Shown here one piece after another: positions 17,999-26,115 of a DNA stretch of 30,229 nt. Below the pieces are notes generated by a model, which was given only the letters and a program-made list of their open reading frames with translations, was not told where the DNA came from and made no database searches. This stretch comes from Campylobacterales bacterium (lineage in GTDB: Bacteria > Campylobacterota > Campylobacteria > Campylobacterales > Sulfurimonadaceae), in NCBI GenBank assembly GCA_038205935.1, contig JBBRBK010000021.1, positions 1-30,229 of the forward strand. The letters are read 5' to 3'. Within the stretch, counting starts at the first letter, position 1. Each line of letters starts with the position of its first letter. Made by a program: the position numbers and the translations under genes.

Positions 17999-18964
17999 TT
18001 ATATAATTTTTTGTAGTTTTAAGAGTGTAGAAAAGAGTATTGATTCTCTGTCAATATTACTCGATTTAAGCTTGAGTTCAGCACTTAGGAGAAGATCCAT
18101 CATATTTTTATAGACAAGTGGTTTAAATTTTAGGGAAAAAGTCGCTTTCTCTGTGAGTACAAACTGTGGCAAGTTATAGCCAAGTATCGCTTGTGAATCG
18201 GGCGTACCATTGACGCGAATATAGATATTAAAAAGATAAAGCTGTGTGACAAAGTTACTTAAAGAGGTGATAATTTTGATCTCATCTTCTCCGCTTTCTA
18301 AAATCTGTTCCAAGCTTTTTTTAAATTCTTGTTTTAAAAGAATTCTATTTACAAGCTGTTCAATCGTGACTTGTGCCAAGCCATAAACAAGTATATCTAT
18401 ATCTTTAGTCGTGATTTCTCTGTCATAGAGTTTGAGCTTTTCAAGTTCTGCGACTCCAAGAGAGAGATCATTGTTTTGAGCTTGTAGAAGATGGTTGAGC
18501 GCATATTTGTCAATTTGGAGTCCAATACTTTTTGCTTCTTCAGACAAACAAGCGATTGATTCACTGTGATTTGGTGTAAAAAATCTCACACTCATCCCTG
18601 TATCTTTTGCACTAAAAGATTTATCGCTTGTTTTATAATCTGTTCCATAGTAGGCATAGATAAAGCGATTTGTAGGATTTTTTTTGCAGAGTTCTACGAG
18701 TTTATCGAGATCTGCTTTTGGTATCTTTTTTTCACTTTTGATGATGAGTAGATTCGCATCACCAAAAAGTGAAGCTTGTGAAAGATGCGCTTGCGCCGCA
18801 TTGAAATTGTATTCGTCATGATAGAGAGTGAGTTTTGAAGCATCTTCGATATTATCCAAAAGAGAGACATATTTATCAATAAAAAAATGACTTTCTCCGA
18901 AAAACATCACGGCATTTGAAAAACTATTTTTTATCAGATGCTGATCGAACTCTCTTTTATACAT
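17999..18964 (-). CDS. holA: DNA polymerase III subunit delta
   Basis: MYKREFD, FFGE, LSQASLFGDANLLIIK, ELEKLKLY; downstream of rnr as in other Campylobacterota. Confidence 0.88.
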   Translation of the reverse strand: MYKREFDQHLIKNSFSNAVMFFGESHFFIDKYVSLLDNIEDASKLTLYHDEYNFNAAQAHLSQASLFGDANLLIIKSEKKIPKADLDKLVELCKKNPTNRFIYAYYGTDYKTSDKSFSAKDTGMSVRFFTPNHSESIACLSEEAKSIGLQIDKYALNHLLQAQNNDLSLGVAELEKLKLYDREITTKDIDILVYGLAQVTIEQLVNRILLKQEFKKSLEQILESGEDEIKIITSLSNFVTQLYLFNIYIRVNGTPDSQAILGYNLPQFVLTEKATFSLKFKPLVYKNMMDLLLSAELKLKSSNIDRESILFSTLLKLQKII

Positions 18965-18969
18965 AAAGA

Positions 18970-20910
18970 TTATTTCTCAAATTTTTGTACAACAGTTACA
19001 TGAATCTTTGTCGTTGCGATATCCGCTTCTTCAATGATCACTTCGACATCATCAAAAAGCATAATAGGAATTTGCGATCTTACATGTAAGGTCGCACCAA
19101 CTATTTCATCATTGAGTTTTGCCATCAAATGCGGATCAGTTGCTTCGATGCGTGCTTTAAATTTTTTGCCTATATTTTTTTTTGCCCAGCGTGCATATTT
19201 TCTATCCATAAAACGAAACTCAACGTCTGCACTTTCTCTCTCTTTTTCACTCACAGCAATGGTCAAAGACTCGATATTACGAAGTACATATGAGCCTTCT
19301 TCGGTGTCATTGGCTTTGATCGCTTTTATAAGTCTGTGGACGATGAGGTCAGAGTAACGGCGGATTGGCGAAGTAAAGTGTGTATATTTTTCAAATCCCA
19401 ATCCAAAGTGACCGTAATTATCAGGTGAATAACGTGCGCGACGTTGTGCTTGGATAATGAGTGTATCCACATCAGATTCTATTCCCATCTCTCTAGCTTT
19501 TTGCTGGATAAAACCGATGGTCTCTTTCATATTTTCTTGAGGTTCTACGAAAATACCGATCCCTGCAAGTTCGCTGTAAAGAGCTTGAATTTTTGTTTGA
19601 GATGGTGGTTCGTGAATCCTGAAAACGCCTCTTTCATACATATTTGCCGCCGCTTTATTTGCAAGAAGCATACAATCTTCGATAAGTGAATGAGAAGGCG
19701 TTTCCACTGAAACGGTTGTTGCAACAATCTCGCCACCTGCATCAAGTTGCATCTCAATCTCATCAGAGCGAAAATCAAAACCAGTTTTTAGTCTTTTTTC
19801 TCTTAAGCGATCAGTGATTTTACGAAGTGGATTTATGGTCGCTAAAACCTCTTTTTCATCATCATTTTTGGCGTGAAGTTTTCCTTCAAAATACTCATCG
19901 ATCTCTTCGTAATTAAATCTTCTTTTAGAATGGATGATGGCTTCATAAACATCGCTATGTATCACTTCTAAGGTTTCTCTATCCAAATGAAGCTCAAAAA
20001 CATGGCTAAGTCTGTCCACATTTGGCTGTAAAGAACAAAGAGTTTCACTCAGTTGACGTGGCAACATTGGGATAGAACGGTGAGGTAGATAGATGGAAAA
20101 ACCTCTGTAAATCGCTTCAGCATCGATAGGACCAAAAGGTTTGACATATTCACTGACATCAGCAATAGCGACGTAGAGGATATATTTTTCCTCGTCCCAG
20201 CAGATAGCATCATCGAAATCTTTAGCAGTTACTGGATCGATAGTACAAAAAGGAAGGGTGCGAAGATCTTTTCTGTCTGGATAATATGCAGCATCGACTT
20301 CTTCAAAAGAGGTGGCAAGCTTGAGAACTTCTTCGCTGAACTCATCATGCTTATTGTACTGAGCTAGAACGATCTTTTCATCCACTAAAGGATCACTCAG
20401 ATTTCCAAGCACTTCCATAATGGTCGCTGTAAGATTATCCACTTTAAAAACTGTGCCGACATCATAGGAGTTTAGTTCTACAAGATCCATGACAACGCCT
20501 GCAGGATGAAGAGTCTTAATATCTAAAAGTGCCTTGTGATTCTCTTTAAACGCTATAAATGCGACGCTGTAAGTTTGTGCATGTCCCACGACTTCAACGA
20601 CTTTAGCGCTTGGAGTTCCCCGTTTTGCAAGTAATCTTTTAGCAATTACAAGATCGCCATTTTTTGCTTCACCTAAGTCGCCAGCATCAATAAAAAGATC
20701 TTTGATATTTTGACCAATGTTATTCAAATATGCAGTCGCGTTTTGAGTGAGAGTTATCTCTCCCGCACGGTATTTAGAGTGAAATCTATAAAGAGTTCCT
20801 TCATGGATAAGATAACCTTTCTCTAGCCATTCATCTACATGTAAGCGTTCATCAGCGGTGATATCTTGGTCGTGCAGACCAAGGGTAAGACGGATAAGAA
20901 GTGATTTCAA
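18970..20910 (-). CDS. rnr: Ribonuclease R (RNB family)
   Basis: TTG start; TIDPVTAKDFDDAI, VAIADVS, LIEDCMLLAN, HFGLGFEKYTHFTSPIRRYSDLIVHR. Confidence 0.95.
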   Translation of the reverse strand: MKSLLIRLTLGLHDQDITADERLHVDEWLEKGYLIHEGTLYRFHSKYRAGEITLTQNATAYLNNIGQNIKDLFIDAGDLGEAKNGDLVIAKRLLAKRGTPSAKVVEVVGHAQTYSVAFIAFKENHKALLDIKTLHPAGVVMDLVELNSYDVGTVFKVDNLTATIMEVLGNLSDPLVDEKIVLAQYNKHDEFSEEVLKLATSFEEVDAAYYPDRKDLRTLPFCTIDPVTAKDFDDAICWDEEKYILYVAIADVSEYVKPFGPIDAEAIYRGFSIYLPHRSIPMLPRQLSETLCSLQPNVDRLSHVFELHLDRETLEVIHSDVYEAIIHSKRRFNYEEIDEYFEGKLHAKNDDEKEVLATINPLRKITDRLREKRLKTGFDFRSDEIEMQLDAGGEIVATTVSVETPSHSLIEDCMLLANKAAANMYERGVFRIHEPPSQTKIQALYSELAGIGIFVEPQENMKETIGFIQQKAREMGIESDVDTLIIQAQRRARYSPDNYGHFGLGFEKYTHFTSPIRRYSDLIVHRLIKAIKANDTEEGSYVLRNIESLTIAVSEKERESADVEFRFMDRKYARWAKKNIGKKFKARIEATDPHLMAKLNDEIVGATLHVRSQIPIMLFDDVEVIIEEADIATTKIHVTVVQKFEK

Positions 20911-20913
20911 AAT

Positions 20914-21717
20914 TTATGAGAGAACGTTTTGTATAGCTTGATCAAAACTATCCATATCAAGACCATATTGGTCAACAAGTGCTTTTGCTGCAGCAATACT
21001 TTCCTCTGTCATCACTCCACTGATAGGAACTGCAGTGCGTGCTACATGAAGACTCTGAGCAGCTTTCTTAACATTATCTGGAGCATTTTCTGGATTAACG
21101 CAGTAGCGTATAGTTTCTATAAGTTTTTCTTCAAATTTCCAGTGAGTAAAAACAGTCGCACTTACTTCAGGAGCATGTACACCGACTACTTTAACCTCGG
21201 CAGCTTCGACATCTTGAAGTTCTTCGAGTGCATTTTTAAACTCTTCTTGCATCTTTTCTTCTATAAGATATCGGGAGATCAAAACTTTTCCTATCTCAAC
21301 CAAAAAAGCAGCAGGAGATAAAATTCCTAAAAGTTTAGGGTCTTTTCTTATATACCATGAAGTTACAAGTGCATGCTGTTTTTTAGAAAGTTCTGCATAT
21401 TGGGCATTTGAAATGTTATATGATGAAAGATCAAGTGAAAAACTTTTTTTGACAATACTCGCTAGTGCAAAACCGCGCACTGTACCCATACCAAAGAGCC
21501 CAACAGCTTGACTGATAGCATTGATTTCTCTTGAAAATCCATAAAGTGGTGAGTTGGCAGCTTTTAAGATATCGGCAGTTAAAAGAGGATCTTTTTCTAA
21601 AATTTTTACCATATCATTAAAAGTTGAGTCTGGATTTTGATATACAGCTTCTATCTGCATGGCAGACTCTGGAAGTGGAGGAAGTTGTTTTATTTGCTGA
21701 AGTAACTTTTCATTCAT
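20914..21717 (-). CDS. HDOD domain protein
   Basis: LPPLP, DPLLTADILKAANSPLYGF...AVGLFG, FLVEIGK, HWKF. Confidence 0.9.
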   Translation of the reverse strand: MNEKLLQQIKQLPPLPESAMQIEAVYQNPDSTFNDMVKILEKDPLLTADILKAANSPLYGFSREINAISQAVGLFGMGTVRGFALASIVKKSFSLDLSSYNISNAQYAELSKKQHALVTSWYIRKDPKLLGILSPAAFLVEIGKVLISRYLIEEKMQEEFKNALEELQDVEAAEVKVVGVHAPEVSATVFTHWKFEEKLIETIRYCVNPENAPDNVKKAAQSLHVARTAVPISGVMTEESIAAAKALVDQYGLDMDSFDQAIQNVLS

Positions 21718-21825
21718 AAACGGTTCCTAAAGTGTTTTATTTCTATAACATTATATTACAGCAAACGTAAAGTAAGATTAAAATTAAAAAAAAATATGTT
21801 AGAATCCTTGTAAAAAAGGAATTAT

Positions 21826-22158
21826 ATGCAATCAAGTGCCATGTTAAATCAGTTAGGATATATACCAAATGAGATCTTAGTAGATCAGTTTCAAAAAATT
21901 AAAGAAAATACCATTGGATATGAAAAAATAGAAAAACATATCATGGATCTTCATGATGCTCTTAAACCTTTGAACGGTTATGTTGCAATGTCAAATTCAA
22001 ATGATTATTTAAAAATAAAAATAGAAGCAATGATTCCAGCACTCAAAGAAGAGGCTTTTGAGAAAATAGAACATTTTTCTGATAAATTTAAAGTGGAGCT
22101 TCAAAAAGTGGATGGAAAAGATACTTTTTATATATTAGGTTTTGGCAAGGAACTTTAA
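21826..22158 (+). CDS. Hypothetical protein (110 aa)
   Basis: SD AAGGA, extended -10 TGnTAGAAT at 21797-21805, overlaps the downstream gre gene; no recognised motif. Confidence 0.75.
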   Translation: MQSSAMLNQLGYIPNEILVDQFQKIKENTIGYEKIEKHIMDLHDALKPLNGYVAMSNSNDYLKIKIEAMIPALKEEAFEKIEHFSDKFKVELQKVDGKDTFYILGFGKEL

Positions 22159-22684
22159 CTTGCAAGAACCGATGACGCTTGAGGGATATGATCTTCTTCT
22201 AGAAGAGTTTAAATACCTTCGAGAAGTTGAAAAACCTCGAGTAACCTATGAAAAGCAAGTTGCCGCCGCGCAAGGTGATAGAAGTGAAAATGCTGACTAC
22301 CATGCAGCAAAAGAACAGCTTCGCCACATAGAAAGACGCCTTTTTTATCTCAACTCCATGATAGAAAAAGCGAATGTTATTAATCCCGCACATTTGGATC
22401 ATAGCCGAGTACATTTTGGCGCAACAGTAGAGATCGAAAATATGAAAACGGGAGAGAATGAGAGCTATACGATATGCGGTGTTTTGGAAGCTGAGCCTGA
22501 AAACGGGCTGATATCTGTGCATTCGCCTCTGGCTAAGCATCTGCTTGGAAAAGTAGAAGAGGATCAGTTCACAATCCACCTTCCAAATGCAAATAAAGAG
22601 TATGAGGTTTTGTCTATCTCTTATACTCCGATATTTCAGCTTAAAAAAAATATCCGTACAACTAAAGATTTTGGATATCAGTAA
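22142..22684 (+). CDS. GreA/GreB-family transcript cleavage factor, GreB-like
   Basis: EPMTLEGY, AAAQGDRSENADYHAAKEQLR (GDRSEN is GreB-like), VHFGATV, ISVHSPLAKHLLGK; TTG start uncertain. Confidence 0.88.
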   Translation: MARNFNLQEPMTLEGYDLLLEEFKYLREVEKPRVTYEKQVAAAQGDRSENADYHAAKEQLRHIERRLFYLNSMIEKANVINPAHLDHSRVHFGATVEIENMKTGENESYTICGVLEAEPENGLISVHSPLAKHLLGKVEEDQFTIHLPNANKEYEVLSISYTPIFQLKKNIRTTKDFGYQ

Positions 22685-22759
22685 TCCTTACATGTAAGAT
22701 TTTTGTAATAGTATTTTTTTATAAATTTAGTACAACAGAGGTAAATAAAAGGATTTTTT

Positions 22760-23383
22760 ATGTCTACCACTATTTTTCAGCCTGATTCTTTTTCATTTTT
22801 TGAAGTAACCGATGGGGTTATGTTAGATAAAGTATTTGAGTTTAGATATAAAGTTCTTAGAGATTCAAAAATATTTCAAGATTATTTTAGTGAAATTGAG
22901 TCTTTGGATTGCAAAGAACATGATAAATATGATCCTTATTCTGTTAATTTTGTAGTAGTTAATCAAGATGGTGAAGTTTCAGCGACGATGAGGTTAATAT
23001 ATCACTCACCGATTGGATACCCAACGGAAAATGATATGTCTTTTGATAATGGGATGTTTGAACGTGATAAGCTTGGGGAGATGTCAAGAATATTTATAGA
23101 TGCTAAATATAGAGATATGAATAGGACAAAAGTCATTCTTCAAGGATTAAAAGAACTTATGTACAACAAATTTGTAAAATTAGGAATCGAATATACATAT
23201 GGCGCTCTTGAACCAAGGTTTATAAGACTGCTTAAGATGTACAATATGCGTTATGAGATAATCGGAGAAAAGCAGATGCACGGTAAAATGGGCTTACGAT
23301 TTCCTTGTATTTTATATACAAAAAGATTAGGGGATGATAACCCTGATATAGTTGTATTATGGACAAAGCAATATGGGGCGTAA
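22760..23383 (+). CDS. GNAT-fold acyltransferase of the LuxI / FeeM N-acyl amino acid synthase / exosortase-associated acyltransferase superfamily
   Basis: VFEFRYKV, EHDKYD, ATMRLI and GEMSRIFI match the R..ExDxxD..RL..ExSR signature; SD AAGGA. Confidence 0.8.
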   Translation: MSTTIFQPDSFSFFEVTDGVMLDKVFEFRYKVLRDSKIFQDYFSEIESLDCKEHDKYDPYSVNFVVVNQDGEVSATMRLIYHSPIGYPTENDMSFDNGMFERDKLGEMSRIFIDAKYRDMNRTKVILQGLKELMYNKFVKLGIEYTYGALEPRFIRLLKMYNMRYEIIGEKQMHGKMGLRFPCILYTKRLGDDNPDIVVLWTKQYGA

Positions 23384-25490
23384 TATTCTTTTCAGCTCAA
23401 AGAAATTCAATATAATCTTATGGATATTGATAAGTTGGACAAATCTATATGCTCAAACGGACAATGTACTGTCTTCTCTCTCAACTGACATGCAAGATTT
23501 TAGTAAGGTCGCAACTGTAACAAAACAAAATGAACATTATCAGCCTTATATTATCTCCGTATTTCAGGGAAAAGAGCTGGAAAAGCTTGGTATTTCTAAT
23601 TTGAAAGAGGCACTTGAACTAGTTCCTGGGGTAGATATGGCTACCGATAATATCAATAATCAAACACCTACTTTTAGAGGATCTAATCCTCATGCATATG
23701 GTCAGTCAAAACTTTTTATTGATGGTGTTCTTGTCAATAATCTTTTTTTAGATTCATATTCTGAGTACCTATCTTTTCCTATCGAGATGATTAAAAGAAT
23801 TGAAGTTATTAGGGGCCCGGGTAGTAAAACAGACGGTATTAATGCATATGCTGGTTCTATCGATGTTATCACTTATGCTGAAAATTTTAAAGGATTAAAA
23901 TCTAATGATGAAGTAGTATTAAAATACGGCTCATACGATTACATGATGGGAGGCTTTCAAACAAGCTATCAATCTGAAGATTTACAGGCTCATATAGATT
24001 TTTACTACCAAAAAGATGATAAAAAGTTGCCAGCAGGTCCCGATGGACTTTCTCAGGGTGTTATGAGTATGCCCGGTTTAAATAATAGGAGTCTATCAAG
24101 TAATGGAGATGCTCCGTTATGGCTTAAAGATTATTCTCTAGGAGTCAATTTTAAGTATAAGGATTTTTCTCTCAAAGCGCGTATGCTTGAACATACACAA
24201 GGAAGTGCTTACGGAATAAATTTAGCACTTCCACAGGACAGTGATAGAGTAAAATTACCCAGTTACTACCTTGAACTGGGTTATAATAAAACTATTGATG
24301 ATTATAATGTTGATGTAAAAGCAGGAGTCAAATATGACACGTTTGATTCGAGTGCTAGGCTGCTTCCAGATGGTTTAAAATTTATTGATATGGTGGCATA
24401 TGATACAAGTGGTTTAATAACTCCTGTTACTTTTGCTAATGGGCTTTATGGGGATCACGTAGCAAAACAGAGAACGCTTTATCAAAGCTCATATCTTAAA
24501 TACAGTGGGATAGAAAATCATCTTATTACTACTGGTTATCGTTTAACAAAAGAAGAAACTACAGGTATGGTTTCGAAATTGTCTAGTTGGTCGACAGGTG
24601 ATGCGGCATTGGTTGATTACACAAAGGTATATCCATTTTTTAATATAAATGCAAAGCGTGATACTGCTATTTTTTCTCTTCAAGATGAATTTCAATTTAG
24701 TGATTCTATTACGTTTCTTTATGGTTTTAACTACGAGAAGACTTCTTACCAAGACGCAGGTTTTGAGCCGAGAGCTTCTATGGTGTATCAGCTGGGTGAA
24801 GCTGATATATTTAAAGCTATTTATAGTCGAGCTCATAGAAATCCATCATGGCAAGAGATGTTTACAGAAAATAATCATGCCAGAGTAGGAAGTACAAATT
24901 TAAAGCCTGAAAAAACAGATACATTTGAACTGGCATACATAAGAAATTTTTCCAGTGATACCTATTTACAGACAAATCTGTTTTATCTAGAAAATACCAA
25001 TCAAATATATAACTCAGTAATAAATCCTCAATATACAAATGCTGAAGATACAAGTCTATATGGTGCTGAAATTGAGTATAAAGGACATATTACTTCAGCT
25101 GATAAGCTTTACTTTAACTATTCTTATGTAACAGGTAGTTCTTGTATTAATGGTGGAATTAAGAGTAGCGTATTACCAGACGTTGCCCATCATTTGGCAA
25201 AAGAATATTATATTTATGATCTCAATGATGCATTATCACTTAGTGAGGTTGTAAAATATGTAGGTTCAAAAGATAGAGATTCGGGTGATACGCGCAAGCC
25301 GTTAAATGCATACATGACTATGGATTTGGCATTACAATATAAAAATTTACGACATAACTATAATATAACTTTTGGTATAAAAAATATATTTGATGCGACA
25401 GTCACATATCCTTCACCACCGAATACCTATATAGAAGATTATAAGCAAGAATCCAGAACTTTTTTAATAACTTTTACTAAGAAGCTGTAA
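23373..25490 (+). CDS. TonB-dependent outer membrane receptor
   Basis: Signal peptide ending LYA; plug motifs LKEALELVPGV, LFIDGV, IKRIEVIRGPGS; barrel motifs LKPEKTDTFEL and GIKNIFD. Likely ATG 23373 overlaps the upstream stop. Confidence 0.92.
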   Translation: MGRNILFSSKKFNIILWILISWTNLYAQTDNVLSSLSTDMQDFSKVATVTKQNEHYQPYIISVFQGKELEKLGISNLKEALELVPGVDMATDNINNQTPTFRGSNPHAYGQSKLFIDGVLVNNLFLDSYSEYLSFPIEMIKRIEVIRGPGSKTDGINAYAGSIDVITYAENFKGLKSNDEVVLKYGSYDYMMGGFQTSYQSEDLQAHIDFYYQKDDKKLPAGPDGLSQGVMSMPGLNNRSLSSNGDAPLWLKDYSLGVNFKYKDFSLKARMLEHTQGSAYGINLALPQDSDRVKLPSYYLELGYNKTIDDYNVDVKAGVKYDTFDSSARLLPDGLKFIDMVAYDTSGLITPVTFANGLYGDHVAKQRTLYQSSYLKYSGIENHLITTGYRLTKEETTGMVSKLSSWSTGDAALVDYTKVYPFFNINAKRDTAIFSLQDEFQFSDSITFLYGFNYEKTSYQDAGFEPRASMVYQLGEADIFKAIYSRAHRNPSWQEMFTENNHARVGSTNLKPEKTDTFELAYIRNFSSDTYLQTNLFYLENTNQIYNSVINPQYTNAEDTSLYGAEIEYKGHITSADKLYFNYSYVTGSSCINGGIKSSVLPDVAHHLAKEYYIYDLNDALSLSEVVKYVGSKDRDSGDTRKPLNAYMTMDLALQYKNLRHNYNITFGIKNIFDATVTYPSPPNTYIEDYKQESRTFLITFTKKL

Positions 25491-26039
25491 ATGAAGAAAA
25501 TAGTTTTTATTTATCTGCTTCTTACAAATTTAGCGTTCGGATACAACTATAATGATCTATTACTTCAGGCTCAAGCTTCTATTTTTCCTAAAATTATATT
25601 GCTTGATAGGAAATTAGAAAATAAATTAATTAATGGAAAAATAGTTTATACGATTGTTTATGATAAAAAGGATTATTTGATAGCTTTGGAGATAAAAGAG
25701 TTTATCGATGCAAAGTACAAAGGAAAATTTGATAAATATAAATACACGATTAACTTAGTTGAGTTTGCTAACGTAACGAATCAGACCCAAATGACAGTCT
25801 TTTATGTTCTCAATTCATCAGAGAGAGAGATAAAAAAAATTGCAAATTTTGCTAAAGAGAAAGGTGTTATATCATTTTCTTATGATGAAAATAACTTAAA
25901 AAATGGTTTATTATTTTCTTTAGTATTGGAAAAATCAACAACTCTTTATCTTAATAAAGAATATCTAGATACCAGAAAAGTAGACTTTGTAAACTCTTTG
26001 TTGCAGATGATAAAGTATGTGGATAAAGAAAATAGTTAA
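25491..26039 (+). CDS. YfiR/HmsC-like (DUF4154) periplasmic protein
   Basis: Signal peptide; about 180 aa; IFPKIILLD, GVISFSY, C-terminal LYLN...VDFVNSLLQM; sits between a TBDR and a membrane GGDEF sensor, the usual context for this family. Confidence 0.65.
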   Translation: MKKIVFIYLLLTNLAFGYNYNDLLLQAQASIFPKIILLDRKLENKLINGKIVYTIVYDKKDYLIALEIKEFIDAKYKGKFDKYKYTINLVEFANVTNQTQMTVFYVLNSSEREIKKIANFAKEKGVISFSYDENNLKNGLLFSLVLEKSTTLYLNKEYLDTRKVDFVNSLLQMIKYVDKENS

Positions 26040-26115
26040 TGTAAATATGGTAACATTGTACAGAATTTGGTGTCGATAATTTATAGTGATAACACATGCT
26101 ATGCTAGGTTGTAAA

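Larger units (their letters stand above)
123..22696. repeat. Dispersed palindrome TACATGTA / CTTACATGTAAG (14 copies)
   Basis: Exact TACATGTA starts at 123, 714, 933, 5869, 8062, 10148, 10247, 10508, 16434, 16818, 17103, 19081, 20836, 22689. Full 12-mer at 10146, 10506, 16816, 19079, 22687. Confidence 0.85.

Noticed and set aside
123..22698. TACATGTA copies as a CRISPR array, REP element or IS end
   Set aside because: Copies are only 8-14 bp, irregularly spaced and mostly inside coding sequence; no cas or transposase genes are present.
22683..22704. Palindrome plus T-run after the gre stop as an intrinsic terminator
   Set aside because: The stem would be short and AT-rich; better explained as a copy of the dispersed palindrome.
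26051..26080. GTCGATAA resembling a sigma28 -10 box upstream of the GGDEF-EAL gene
   Set aside because: No correctly spaced TAAA -35 element; too weak to call, although an internal promoter in this gap cannot be excluded.
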